A stretch of 64,000 nt of DNA, taken from the sequence record PQ567651.1; one strand, written 5' to 3'. This document shows, piece by piece, positions 27,083 to 36,987 of this stretch. Both the position numbers and the translations under genes were made by a program. This stretch comes from Escherichia phage cardinal. Position 1 is the first letter of the stretch. The number at the start of each line of letters is the position of its first letter. The notes below the pieces were generated by a model. It did not search any database, was not told where the DNA came from, and was given only the letters and a program-made list of their open reading frames with translations.

Positions 27083-27538
27083 TCACGATCCCACATTCCC
27101 ATTTTTGATACCATAAATAGAATCATAAGGGCTTGCCTCTACGAACTCCTTATCTGCGTAAGCGATAAGTTTATTTTTGAGATCTTCATTTTGTGTGTAT
27201 TTAAGATACAAACCACGTTTGACAATCTTCTCCCGTAAAGAAGTCCAGGTATCTTCATCATAATCTTTAACTAATCTGCCTAGACGTTTATAATATGCTT
27301 GTTCTTTTTCTCCTGTATATCTTAGATCTCCGGTTAAAATAGAAGATGCAATATTGTAATCATAAAACAAACATGCTTTTCTCCACATCATATATTGTTC
27401 CACACAAGTAAATTCGACAGAACTTGTGATAGAATTATTATACTTGGGAGCTAAAGGTTCAATAAAAGATGATAGATACCAGTTGCTAAATTCATCTTTT
27501 GCCGAGAAAAAGAACACATACTTGTCAGTAATCCGCAT
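27083..27538 (-). CDS. NADAR (YbiA-like) domain protein
   Basis: YVFFFSAKDEFSNWYLS, FTCVEQYMMWRKACLF, EFVEASPYDSIYGIKNG align with E. coli YbiA motifs. Confidence 0.75.
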   Translation of the reverse strand: MRITDKYVFFFSAKDEFSNWYLSSFIEPLAPKYNNSITSSVEFTCVEQYMMWRKACLFYDYNIASSILTGDLRYTGEKEQAYYKRLGRLVKDYDEDTWTSLREKIVKRGLYLKYTQNEDLKNKLIAYADKEFVEASPYDSIYGIKNGNVGS

Positions 27539-28936
27539 TTACACCTCCTTATTGTATACTAATTTGCCACCATATTGTGTAACAATTTTTTGAAGATTTT
27601 CCAAATCAGAAACACTTACTGTTTCTGTATGACCATCTTTCAACTCTCTTGCCGTTAAAATACCAGTTTTTAATTTTTTCTTTATAGCTCTTTCAGCAGC
27701 CTTACATTGTTTCACTGTGCTAAAATCATATAAACAAATACGCTCCATAGGAAACATATTACAGCTATTTTGACGTTTTAATCGACTATCACTATTTTTA
27801 GCTATACCAAACTTAAGAGCAACTATAATATTATCATCCTTAACAATATTAATATATAACTGCTGCTGACTATGACCAGCACACATAGGACAACCTCGAC
27901 CGTGGCTTAATAAGGCATTAGCCCTCCCTGTCTGTTCCCCATGCACAAGACAAAGATATTTAAACTTACCGTGACTTCTAGACGGTTTACCGATCCAACC
28001 TACCCAGACATACCCTTTCCCTTCTACTTCCTTTTTTACCCTGTAGGTAATCTGATTTTCTGTATAGTGATAACTAGTTGCACAGCGGCAAGGGATACTT
28101 CCTTGTTTTAGGGGCCACCCTTTAGAGTAAAATTTACCATCGCAAACACCTGCTTGAACATATTCATCATGGGAGCAAACAGGACACTCAACCATCCATA
28201 CTGCATCACGCTTGTTACGTTTCCCTGTATTGGTGAAGATAGTGCCTTCCTTAAATTTCCCTGTAGAAAAGAAATCTGCAATATGTTGATCGTCGGACAT
28301 TGTTAGTGCCTTCCTTGTATTCTCATACCTACATAAAGGACAACCATAACCACGTTTAAAATTGTTAATACTTGTAGTATCCCATTTATAACCACAGTGA
28401 CACAACAAATCAAGTTTTGTTTTATGTCCTTTCCATTTTCCAACGTACCCTAACACCTGATACCCCTTCTTCTGTGCTATCTCTTCCAAGATCGGTAATT
28501 CTGTTTCCCATGCTAACGGTTTATTACTTGCACATGCCGGACAACCACGTCCATTCCTAAAATCAATAATGTTTGTGGTGTTCCACTCTCCATGTTTAGG
28601 GCAAATTATGCGAATTTTTGTTCGCACACCTCGCCACTCCTCGGCAAGACCTATAAAAGTAAACCCTCTTTCTTTAGCAATATCAACAAGGGAGATACAT
28701 TCCTTTTCTTCTGTTACTTTTCTATGACCATTGCAATCGGAGCAACATTTACCGCCTTTAGTTTTAAATACATTGATTATGGTACTTTCCCACTCTCCAT
28801 GATCAGAGCAAGATAGCTTAAGCCTAGTCCTGCTACCTTTCCATTCACCAACATAACCCAAGATTTGAATATTGTGATTTTTAGCAAGGGGTATTAATTC
28901 TTCTTTATATTGTTCCCATGATTTTAGTGCTACCAT
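27539..28936 (-). CDS. Cys/His-rich triple-repeat protein with C-terminal GIY-YIG-like (T5orf172-type) domain
   Basis: three modules of form GYVGxWKG..TKL.L.C..HGEW.T..I..F..G.GCP.C; C-terminal LYINIVKDDNIIVALKFGIAKNSDSRLKRQ. Confidence 0.45.
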   Translation of the reverse strand: MVALKSWEQYKEELIPLAKNHNIQILGYVGEWKGSRTRLKLSCSDHGEWESTIINVFKTKGGKCCSDCNGHRKVTEEKECISLVDIAKERGFTFIGLAEEWRGVRTKIRIICPKHGEWNTTNIIDFRNGRGCPACASNKPLAWETELPILEEIAQKKGYQVLGYVGKWKGHKTKLDLLCHCGYKWDTTSINNFKRGYGCPLCRYENTRKALTMSDDQHIADFFSTGKFKEGTIFTNTGKRNKRDAVWMVECPVCSHDEYVQAGVCDGKFYSKGWPLKQGSIPCRCATSYHYTENQITYRVKKEVEGKGYVWVGWIGKPSRSHGKFKYLCLVHGEQTGRANALLSHGRGCPMCAGHSQQQLYINIVKDDNIIVALKFGIAKNSDSRLKRQNSCNMFPMERICLYDFSTVKQCKAAERAIKKKLKTGILTARELKDGHTETVSVSDLENLQKIVTQYGGKLVYNKEV

Positions 28937-28973
28937 CTACTACTCCTTTTATTAAATCTGGCATCAATACAAG

Positions 28974-29003
28974 AAAACCCGCCGAAGCGGGTTTTTATTT
29001 GCT
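28974..29003 (-). terminator. bidirectional hairpin terminator
   Basis: aaaacccgc-cgaa-gcgggtttt with T-runs. Confidence 0.5.
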
Positions 29004-29010
29004 GGCTTAC

Positions 29011-30139
29011 TTAAAACACACTTGCCAAAGTTGCACCATTGGTGATAGTTGGTTCCAGAACAATACGGAAAGAATCTTCTGGATCATCACTAAACACAAC
29101 GATTTTACCGCCTGTAATAAGGTCTGCTTTCATTTTTGTCGCATTCAATGGAATTCGAGCATCTCCTTCATCATCAAAAACCACGTAAGAGCTATTAGCA
29201 AGGGCTTCTTTAGAGTCTGCATCACTTGGAGATGACAAGTACACGTCTAGTGTGCACGAACCACCTAAAAAGATTGCAGGTGTGAAGTTATGCCAACTAG
29301 ATACCCAGCTAACTTTCTGAAGTTTTCCATTAATAACAACGCTGCTGATATCCCATTTATTACCACCACCTAAAGAAACACCCATCATAGAGATGCATTC
29401 TTTAAAGGATAAATCAGGGTAGAAATTAAGTTCTTCTACTATACCTTGGATCACATCAAAGGACAACTCTAAACTTACATCCCAAAGTCTTTGGAAATTA
29501 TCAAAGTGTGCTTTGTTATCCAGGTTTTTATCTAAATAGTCAATCATAGTTTCTAGTGAGATTTTATCATAATTAAAATTATAAAACACACGACTAGGAC
29601 GATTTAAAAAGAATTCAGAGATAAAACCACTGTTTTTAGTCAGAATAAACAGTTTATTACCACTGCCAGTACCATCTAACAAAGTGAGAAGTGCTTCTTG
29701 ATCTTGTTTCTTCTCATACACTTTATCAAACTCGTCAAAAATAATCACTGCTTTGTCGGTGATCTTGCTAATAAGTTCAATGAAATTAGCATCGCTGTAG
29801 GCTTGAGTAACCATAATAGTTGGAATACCTTCTTCTACAAGGTCACGACTAATGAGTTTGGCTAACATAGTTTTACCACTGCCCTTAGTTCCTGTCAGGA
29901 GCAAACCTGTATTTTTACCTTGTGCACTCCGGCGATGGAATGTACGAATAACGTGATTTGCTCGTTTTTCTGTTTCACCATACAGAACATCCGGTACACC
30001 TGTTAGATTACCACGGCTTAAAAAAATAATTGCCAAGGGGATCACGACTAACAGTATAGAATCCAGGTGGAAGATAGTTAGATTCCACGCCCATATCTTT
30101 ATTTACACTTACAATATCACCATAAATCGTGTATTTCAT
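29011..30139 (-). CDS. P-loop ATPase, paralog of 45151-46311, interrupted by a frameshift at a T7 run (~30020-30026)
   Basis: Walker A TGTKGSGKT, Walker B VIIFDEFDK; N-terminal 40 codons (ATG 30139, AAAAGGGG RBS) are in another frame and restore paralog alignment if one T is removed. Confidence 0.5.
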
Positions 30140-30151
30140 TTTAAACCCCTT

Positions 30152-30589
30152 TTATTTTTGTTGAGATGAACGAATTAAATCAGCAGCAAATTCAATCAGA
30201 TACACTTTTGGTGCAATAATGATTTTTAGCCAATCAAAATTCGAAAAGAAAATAACAAATCCTAAAAAGAAAAAGAAAGCACAGACAACAAGACCAACAA
30301 TAGGTAAAGCAGATACTTCACCATAGCGATCTCGTGACCACAGGCATTCTTTATCTTTAATTGCTTTTACGAGGTTCCGTACAGCAATAAAAGTAATAAA
30401 CATAAAGCAAATACTAAAAAGTTGCCATAAACCTGCGGATACTGCTTTCCACAATAACAATTGATGGATTACTTCTGGAATTTGTTGTTTTCCAAACTCC
30501 ACAACATCACTCATTGTTTGAATAGTGACGTTAACCATGTTCAGAAGTACATCCGTTGCTTTATCTGCGATTGCGTTTGTTTTACTCAT
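30152..30589 (-). CDS. membrane protein
   Basis: 145 aa with several hydrophobic segments. Confidence 0.5.
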   Translation of the reverse strand: MSKTNAIADKATDVLLNMVNVTIQTMSDVVEFGKQQIPEVIHQLLLWKAVSAGLWQLFSICFMFITFIAVRNLVKAIKDKECLWSRDRYGEVSALPIVGLVVCAFFFFLGFVIFFSNFDWLKIIIAPKVYLIEFAADLIRSSQQK

Positions 30590-30603
30590 TCTTTATTCCT
30601 CAC

Positions 30604-30777
30604 TTACCTTTTAAGGAAACCAATCATAATGAAGAACCACATCCAGGCAGGAGAGATAATAAAGCCAAAGAAACCGCAAATAACCGCTTTCTTAATCTCT
30701 TCCAGACAACCCACCAGGAAAAGACCGAGTGAGACTACAATCCAGATAGCCATAAATACTGTAACAAAGAAACTCAT
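30604..30777 (-). CDS. small membrane protein, 57 aa
   Basis: hydrophobic; GGGAGAAAGG RBS; not in track. Confidence 0.45.
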   Translation of the reverse strand: MSFFVTVFMAIWIVVSLGLFLVGCLEEIKKAVICGFFGFIISPAWMWFFIMIGFLKR

Positions 30778-30797
30778 ACCTTTCTCCCGTCTGTATT

Positions 30798-31049
30798 TTA
30801 AAATTCAACCACCACTTTATCGAGGTGCTCTGCTTCAACTTGATCTAATGTTAACACCTCAACTAAACCCTTGTCAATACCTAATTTAATAACATCAACA
30901 TATTGTCCAAACAGATCCTGAATAGATATCTTGTGTTCGACAACAACCACTACTTCATTCCCTTTTGTGAATTCTCTCCATACACGTCCACATTTGAAAA
31001 TAAAGTCTGCTTCATCTGCTGTTATCATTTTAGGTTTGATACTTAACAT
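30798..31049 (-). CDS. hypothetical protein
   Basis: 83-aa ORF. Confidence 0.5.
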   Translation of the reverse strand: MLSIKPKMITADEADFIFKCGRVWREFTKGNEVVVVVEHKISIQDLFGQYVDVIKLGIDKGLVEVLTLDQVEAEHLDKVVVEF

Positions 31050-31600
31050 TATAAAACTCCGTATTCCGGCTCAAAATCATATTTTTCACAAATCATGTCC
31101 CAGCGTTCGTTGCCGAAGCTGCGACCACAAATTGCATCGTAAGCATAATGCTCTGCTAACCATTTTACAACAGTGTCTACATCGTTATCAAGTGGTAATC
31201 TGAATTCTTTGCCATATCGCATACGAAGAACAAATTCATCCCCTTCTTCAAACAAGTGCATATGGCTTTTTGCATAAGAAGCCAAGTTGAAAAAAGATAC
31301 CTCTTCCCAGCATTCTTTTTCCACTGCAATCCCGTGATCAACAACTAAAGCACCGATAACGCGATACATAATAGGGCTAAACAGTGCGCTTGAGCTAGGC
31401 TGCTCTTCAACTACAGACCAACCTGTTCCCTGCCAAATTTCATTTTTGAACCATTGTTGCATGTCATTCCCTTTTTCATCTACAAGGGATCGGTTACGCA
31501 TTTCAAACCATTCTCCTTCGCAAAAGTATTTATGTTTAACACGTTTGCCTTTTAACATTGCTTCTTTGGCTTCTATCCAAGTCAGATCGGTGTTTTGCAT
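31049..31600 (-). CDS. hypothetical protein, N-terminus DUF2829/Tad2-like (tentative)
   Basis: start MQNTDLTWIEAKEAMLKGKRVKHKYF with GAGAGGAGA RBS; resembles recalled DUF2829 opening pattern. Confidence 0.4.
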   Translation of the reverse strand: MQNTDLTWIEAKEAMLKGKRVKHKYFCEGEWFEMRNRSLVDEKGNDMQQWFKNEIWQGTGWSVVEEQPSSSALFSPIMYRVIGALVVDHGIAVEKECWEEVSFFNLASYAKSHMHLFEEGDEFVLRMRYGKEFRLPLDNDVDTVVKWLAEHYAYDAICGRSFGNERWDMICEKYDFEPEYGVL

Positions 31601-31719
31601 TCGTTTATCTCCTCTCATTTGTGTATGCATTAAGATTAGCACAATAAAACAGTATGTCAATACTTGATCTGAAATTAATTTCTGGTATTCTGTGTGTATC
31701 GTAACAAAAGAGGTTAGAT

Positions 31720-32010
31720 ATGAACATCACACTAGCAACTAAGAATATTACAGAAACTTTTGATGGTTTTGGCATTATTATTGCTGTTCATGGGCATAAC
31801 GAAAAATGGTTAGCCTCTTTTGAAGAGGACAAAGAACGCAATGTACGTTTGAATGCACCAATCAAAGTTTTACACCAGGTAGGTGAGAATAAGAAACAAT
31901 GGAGATCATACAAAGAGTGGAACATTACGAACGAGTTAATACACAAACTTGACAAAGTGATAAACATGTTCGACAATGCACCAAGCAGTGCAAAACGTGT
32001 TTTACTATAA
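31720..32010 (+). CDS. hypothetical protein
   Basis: 96-aa ORF, AAAGAGG RBS. Confidence 0.5.
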   Translation: MNITLATKNITETFDGFGIIIAVHGHNEKWLASFEEDKERNVRLNAPIKVLHQVGENKKQWRSYKEWNITNELIHKLDKVINMFDNAPSSAKRVLL

Positions 32011-32021
32011 AGGAGAGTGAT

Positions 32022-32375
32022 ATGAAAATTGTACACGATGAAATTCAATTTGAAGAGAGTGATCTTCTTGATCTAGATGTAGCACTAAGTAAACTGATCT
32101 ACAATGCACTTTCTGCTTATCGTGCAAAAGTGATAGCCACAAACAATGTTAAAATTCCTAGTGGGTTACTTCGTCGGATGTACCCACACGCTAAAGGTGA
32201 CTATCTACCTTATATGGAAGAACGAGCAGCAGAGCACTGGTTGGAAATTCTTGAAAAAATGGAGTCTTCTTTTAAGGACTCAACTCCACCAGAAGAAGTT
32301 AATGAAAAACAGCGGCAAGATCGTTTAGAAGGTCGTATTTTGTTTGCTAAGTATTTTCATAATCTGTGGATGTAA
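32022..32375 (+). CDS. hypothetical protein
   Basis: 117-aa ORF, AAGGAGAG RBS. Confidence 0.5.
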   Translation: MKIVHDEIQFEESDLLDLDVALSKLIYNALSAYRAKVIATNNVKIPSGLLRRMYPHAKGDYLPYMEERAAEHWLEILEKMESSFKDSTPPEEVNEKQRQDRLEGRILFAKYFHNLWM

Positions 32376-32387
32376 CAAGGAGTAAAC

Positions 32388-32543
32388 ATGGTTATCTACA
32401 AAAATAAGTTCACTGGCTGTCTGCGTAAATTTATTGACAAAAAAGGGTATGTTTCTGTTGACAATGGTGTTACGTGGGTGCAAAATGGCACTTCAGAACA
32501 ACTGATCAAGGCTTTACCTTACTATGAGGAGTTTACAAAATGA
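32388..32543 (+). CDS. hypothetical small protein, 51 aa
   Basis: CAAGGAG RBS; stop overlaps next ATG. Confidence 0.4.
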   Translation: MVIYKNKFTGCLRKFIDKKGYVSVDNGVTWVQNGTSEQLIKALPYYEEFTK

Positions 32544-32740
32544 CAGGATGGGCAAAAGTAGAAGATCCATACGATATCCCACTAGGTGAGTATGTGGTGG
32601 TAATGGAAGATGGTGGAAAAGGGTATTGTGAAGTGCATAAAAGTATGTCTGGTAAGATTATTGTGGTGAACCATCATTTTCACTTTGATTACCCTCCCAT
32701 TGTGGCATATATGCCTTTACCTAAATATGAAGGGGATTAA
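32540..32740 (+). CDS. hypothetical protein
   Basis: 66-aa ORF. Confidence 0.45.
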   Translation: MTGWAKVEDPYDIPLGEYVVVMEDGGKGYCEVHKSMSGKIIVVNHHFHFDYPPIVAYMPLPKYEGD

Positions 32741-32883
32741 ATGTTATTCTTTAGACTTAATATTGCTTTTTGTTTGTTTGCAAACATTGCATTCTGGGTA
32801 TTGGGTAGTGTAAAATTAGGCTACTTCTTTATTGTACTACAAGCTATTTGTTTAGCTGGTCAAATAATCACTAAGGGGCGAGT

Positions 32884-33312
32884 ATGACACAACAAATCCA
32901 AGACAAGTTTAATGAACTCTATCCAGCAAGCGAAAGCGGCACTCATAACGTGCGTAAATCGCTCTATAACGTCTTTAAAGCAGGATGGGAGGCTTGCCTT
33001 CAGGCTCAAGAAGAACCAGCTTCAGGGACGCGTAACGGCTTTTATATCCCGATTGTTGAAAGTGAGGAAGGATGGGGTAGCAAACATGATGGTTATATGG
33101 TAGGATTCACCATAGAAGATCTTGAAGAACGCCGTAAAGTCTTTGAGGCAGCTAATACAGAAAAGTATGGCTACTATTATGAACGACCTGTTCGTTACAT
33201 TCCTGTTGTGCTTAGTCCTAAAGCTGTTGAAACAATGTCTGCAACAGAAAAAGAAAGGACTCGCCATTGTGTATGGTTTGACGATATTGACGATTTTCGA
33301 TTTGGAGAATAA
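32884..33312 (+). CDS. hypothetical protein
   Basis: 142-aa ORF. Confidence 0.5.
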   Translation: MTQQIQDKFNELYPASESGTHNVRKSLYNVFKAGWEACLQAQEEPASGTRNGFYIPIVESEEGWGSKHDGYMVGFTIEDLEERRKVFEAANTEKYGYYYERPVRYIPVVLSPKAVETMSATEKERTRHCVWFDDIDDFRFGE

Positions 33313-33315
33313 ATT

Positions 33316-33588
33316 ATGAAAAATAAACACCCTTACTACAAATTATTGCATGTACTGCGCCGATTGCGCAATAAACAGATTGAAGATTTCCGTCACTTCA
33401 AGCGTGATCGTGTGAATCGTCAATGGATGGATCATCGTTTCTTCTCTTTAACTGTACGTAAGTTCCGTGAAGAGATTAAGAAGACAGACCAGGTAATTGC
33501 AGGTGCTAAACGTGCAATCTCTATGTCAAAAATCACAGGTGTAAATCATATGTACGACTTCAAAACAGACTCTGTTGTACCTATGTAA
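33316..33588 (+). CDS. basic hypothetical protein
   Basis: 90 aa, K/R-rich. Confidence 0.5.
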   Translation: MKNKHPYYKLLHVLRRLRNKQIEDFRHFKRDRVNRQWMDHRFFSLTVRKFREEIKKTDQVIAGAKRAISMSKITGVNHMYDFKTDSVVPM

Positions 33589-33615
33589 AAGTATTTTGTA
33601 AAGTTTTGTGGAGAG

Positions 33616-33685
33616 TATTGACTTTTTCAGAAAAACATGCTACCCTAAACCTGAAAGGTGACGAGCGAAGCGAGTTAGTATTCTC
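33616..33685 (+). promoter_or_regulatory. conserved ~70-nt intergenic element, copy B
   Basis: ttgactttttcagaaaaacatgctaccctaa...gacgagcgaagcgagttag matches 6735-6805. Confidence 0.4.
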
Positions 33686-33752
33686 TATAGATATTGTTCC
33701 TGTCACTCATGGAGGGGCAGGAACAGAGTATATTACTGTATAGGAGAATGCT

Positions 33753-33959
33753 ATGGATATTACTACACTAAAGTTTATACTTCTCTTCTTACTTATAGTT
33801 ATAGGCTTAATTGTTATACCCTATCTATATGTCTACATGTTATCTCGTAAGTATGGTTATGAGCGTATACCATTTTACTATTTAATACCTGTCTTAGTTA
33901 TCTATCTATTTCTCTTTTGTAGATATTGTCCTGAACTAGTCCTGAACATTGGAAGTTAG
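33753..33959 (+). CDS. small membrane protein
   Basis: 68 aa, two hydrophobic helices. Confidence 0.5.
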   Translation: MDITTLKFILLFLLIVIGLIVIPYLYVYMLSRKYGYERIPFYYLIPVLVIYLFLFCRYCPELVLNIGS

Positions 33960-34078
33960 AACCTGTTGAAGTTTACCATCGTGTATGGAAGACAAAATAC
34001 AGATCTAACAGTAATTAGTTATTGACTCTATCTACTAAATAATCTAGACTCTATGTAAAGTTTACTAAGGAGATTACT

Positions 34079-34243
34079 ATGCAAAACATTTCTATCACTA
34101 AAACAAAAAGATCTGTACCTAAACTTACTCACTCTACCTACCCTGTTATCATCCGAAAAGGAAAAGAATGGATTAAAGATGATCATGGTGGTTATGTAGA
34201 AGTGTCAAAGCTGAAAGAAGCAGAAGTTAACTTTGTACGCTAA
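34079..34243 (+). CDS. hypothetical small protein, 54 aa
   Basis: TAAGGAGA RBS; not in track. Confidence 0.45.
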   Translation: MQNISITKTKRSVPKLTHSTYPVIIRKGKEWIKDDHGGYVEVSKLKEAEVNFVR

Positions 34244-34253
34244 GGAGTAGATT

Positions 34254-34535
34254 ATGACTGAAGAGTTTAAGCAATGGTTTGATAAAAACTTTCTACCACA
34301 TCTGTGGCCTAATGAAGAAGAACGTCAAGAGATGATGATCTACACTTGGCTTGCCTGGCGGGATGGCATCCGTAGCAAAGAAGCACAGGAAGAGGAACCT
34401 ATTGCTTACATCTTTAAACATCCAGCAGGTAAGTTGTTTTGGGCTTTAACAGATGAAAGTAATAAAGATCACGACGATGTTATTCCTGTGTATACCAAGA
34501 GCAATGTAAAGGATCAATCAGATGACAATGTATAG
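34254..34535 (+). CDS. hypothetical protein
   Basis: 93-aa ORF. Confidence 0.5.
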   Translation: MTEEFKQWFDKNFLPHLWPNEEERQEMMIYTWLAWRDGIRSKEAQEEEPIAYIFKHPAGKLFWALTDESNKDHDDVIPVYTKSNVKDQSDDNV

Positions 34536-35004
34536 CATATGGGGTAGAATGGGCGAAGACCATGATTACTATTGCTTGAAAAGTAATGTTGAACAGGCAG
34601 ATGTTGATAAAATTATAAAGCACTACCTAAAAACATGGCGTGAAGTGGAGTTTAGAGAGTTCGCTATCCTCCATAGTCAAGAAGGAGAAAAGGAGATAGA
34701 CATGAGTACACTAACTAAAGCAGTACAAACGCATAAAGAATATGAGGAAGCAGTTAAAGATGAAATAAACCCTACTTCACTGACCTTCGAAAACCTTACC
34801 CCTTTGTTTTGGTCATACGATGGTAATGAAATTCTTACACATCATACACCAGAAGCCGTTAAAAATTGGGAAGGCTGTTGTAATTCCTATGAGGTATTAT
34901 ATGTCGTAGAAGAAGATGATACGTACATTATGTTCCGCATAGATAACGGTTGTGGTGATCAATGGGATATTGTTCTTTCTAAACATTTGCAATTGGGTGG
35001 TTAA
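34522..35004 (+). CDS. hypothetical protein
   Basis: 160-aa ORF. Confidence 0.5.
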   Translation: MTMYSIWGRMGEDHDYYCLKSNVEQADVDKIIKHYLKTWREVEFREFAILHSQEGEKEIDMSTLTKAVQTHKEYEEAVKDEINPTSLTFENLTPLFWSYDGNEILTHHTPEAVKNWEGCCNSYEVLYVVEEDDTYIMFRIDNGCGDQWDIVLSKHLQLGG

Positions 35005-35005
35005 A

Positions 35006-35368
35006 ATGCTAAAGTACCTGATGATCACTTGGTTATGTTTACTTTCATTTGCTGGACATGCAACAGAAGGTTTTAAACTTGGTGCTGACGGTACTAAATT
35101 CTTTACATATTGGGGTGGGAAAGCCTTATACCAAGAAGAAAAGAATAGCATAGAGTGTACGGTTAGTAAGAAGATTAAATCAGTAGATCAATATGGGGAT
35201 GCCTATACTGGTGTAGGTTTTAACTGTGGAAAAGATTTATTTCTATTTGTTAAGAAGTATTTAGATGTTAACCTTGTATTGCTTATTGTTGTAGATCCTG
35301 CTAAGTTTGAAGAGCGTAAAGCATATCGTGCAGATATGTTCTTAGAATATGATGATAAGGAGAAATAA
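35006..35368 (+). CDS. secreted hypothetical protein
   Basis: signal peptide MLKYLMITWLCLLSFAGHA. Confidence 0.5.
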   Translation: MLKYLMITWLCLLSFAGHATEGFKLGADGTKFFTYWGGKALYQEEKNSIECTVSKKIKSVDQYGDAYTGVGFNCGKDLFLFVKKYLDVNLVLLIVVDPAKFEERKAYRADMFLEYDDKEK

Positions 35369-35719
35369 ATGCTTGATGTAACTATTAATGGTGTTAAATA
35401 TATTCCTTATGTAGAGAAAAGCAATCCTGATGCCTTGGATGTTATGTTTGAGGATTCAGATCTTGGTACTGTCACTGTACGGGAATATTTCCGACAACTA
35501 CTCTCTACGTTATGGAGAGAAGAAGAGTGTTTTAATGGTAAACGTCCATTTGGTAACTCATGCTGGCAATTTGATATGATCCGCGCCTTAATTGAGGCAG
35601 GGTATATTGAAGGTACAGTTGTGTACGATGAAGATGGATATCCAGAAGAGACTGACTACGACAGTAAAGAAGCTAATAAATTTATACAGGGCTTGATTGC
35701 ACAGATGTGTTTGGGTTAA
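35369..35719 (+). CDS. hypothetical protein
   Basis: 116-aa ORF. Confidence 0.5.
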   Translation: MLDVTINGVKYIPYVEKSNPDALDVMFEDSDLGTVTVREYFRQLLSTLWREEECFNGKRPFGNSCWQFDMIRALIEAGYIEGTVVYDEDGYPEETDYDSKEANKFIQGLIAQMCLG

Positions 35720-35720
35720 T

Positions 35721-36107
35721 ATGAAAGTATTAAATTTTTACCACTTAGGTAAAGTAATACCTGAAGGTGCAGTGTACATTGGCAGAGCTATGCCTCATAT
35801 GGGACTAAAAGCCTCAAAGTTTGCAAATCCTTTTAAGCTAAAGGATGATGAACCACGAGGATCAACTATACAAAGATATAAAGAGTGGTTGTGGGAACAA
35901 ATTCGTTGTGGTAAAATCACTCTTGAGGATTTGTTAGAATTAGAAGGGAAAGACTTAGTTTGCTTCTGCGCACCTCAACCTTGTCATGGTGATGTGTTGG
36001 TAGCAGCGGTTGCTTGGGCTAGAACAGAGTGGGATAAAAGGCATCCTACTTACACAGATGATTATTGGATTTGGGAGGATATTTATGAAGACTACACAAG
36101 AAATTAA
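35721..36107 (+). CDS. DUF4326-like protein (tentative)
   Basis: YIGRAMPHMGLKASKFANPF and LVCFCAPQPCHGDVL resemble recalled DUF4326 pattern. Confidence 0.4.
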   Translation: MKVLNFYHLGKVIPEGAVYIGRAMPHMGLKASKFANPFKLKDDEPRGSTIQRYKEWLWEQIRCGKITLEDLLELEGKDLVCFCAPQPCHGDVLVAAVAWARTEWDKRHPTYTDDYWIWEDIYEDYTRN

Positions 36108-36450
36108 CGTATTTGATCTGTCAGGTTTAGATATGGAAAAAGCAACCCTGTATCATCACGATAAAGATAACATTACATACATCTACATCGGAGCAGATAA
36201 ATATAACATTCCTGAAAACTCCCTGGCAGTAATGAAGGAAGGGGATATGCCTTTGCAAGAGAAGATGATTGGTTTTTCCTTTCGTCAAGATGTTAAGATG
36301 GATGGTGTTATTGCTATCTTCCAGGTGGACGAGTTTTATATGGTTACTTTTGTCACACCAAATTTCACCAATATCAATGGGGAAGAGGCAGCAAACGATG
36401 TTATTGTTCTAACGTTGGGTAATGCCTTAAAAGATTTAGAAAACGTTTAA
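36085..36450 (+). CDS. hypothetical protein
   Basis: ORF from ATG with GGGAGGA RBS. Confidence 0.45.
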   Translation: MKTTQEINVFDLSGLDMEKATLYHHDKDNITYIYIGADKYNIPENSLAVMKEGDMPLQEKMIGFSFRQDVKMDGVIAIFQVDEFYMVTFVTPNFTNINGEEAANDVIVLTLGNALKDLENV

Positions 36451-36471
36451 CAAACCAATAAGGAAAATATA

Positions 36472-36987
36472 ATGTTTTTTGATGCTCAATCTCCACTTGT
36501 TGACTCTGTAAGCAGGGCGGTAATATATCCAGACTTTGATGAAAGAGAAATATGGCTTAAGGAACACCACTATGATCCAGAAAATGTCAACTGGTGCAAT
36601 CTGGATGTTGGTAAGTATCCGCGAGATAAGGGCATCTTGAAATATTATGCTTGCTATACGGTGGATAACATCTATGAATACTACGTGTTTCGTAGTTTGA
36701 TTATCCATCTAAATAAATTGGGTGCTCTAACAGGGGATTCTCAATTTACTCTAGGCCACTATAAACCATTTAAGAAAGGTGGAGAGCACTTTCCAAGCAA
36801 TTGGATTATACAAACATTAAAAGATAATTCTCGTGCTAGTGATGTTATCCCAGACAAAAAAGAAAAGTGGACATGGCATGAGCAAATGGAGTATATTATA
36901 CAACATATGCCACAACGTGTATTGTATGAGGAAAAGTTGGTCAACCGTTGTGCCGAGTTAATACAGATTGTTAAAGGGTTTTACTAG
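36472..36987 (+). CDS. hypothetical protein
   Basis: 171-aa ORF. Confidence 0.5.
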   Translation: MFFDAQSPLVDSVSRAVIYPDFDEREIWLKEHHYDPENVNWCNLDVGKYPRDKGILKYYACYTVDNIYEYYVFRSLIIHLNKLGALTGDSQFTLGHYKPFKKGGEHFPSNWIIQTLKDNSRASDVIPDKKEKWTWHEQMEYIIQHMPQRVLYEEKLVNRCAELIQIVKGFY

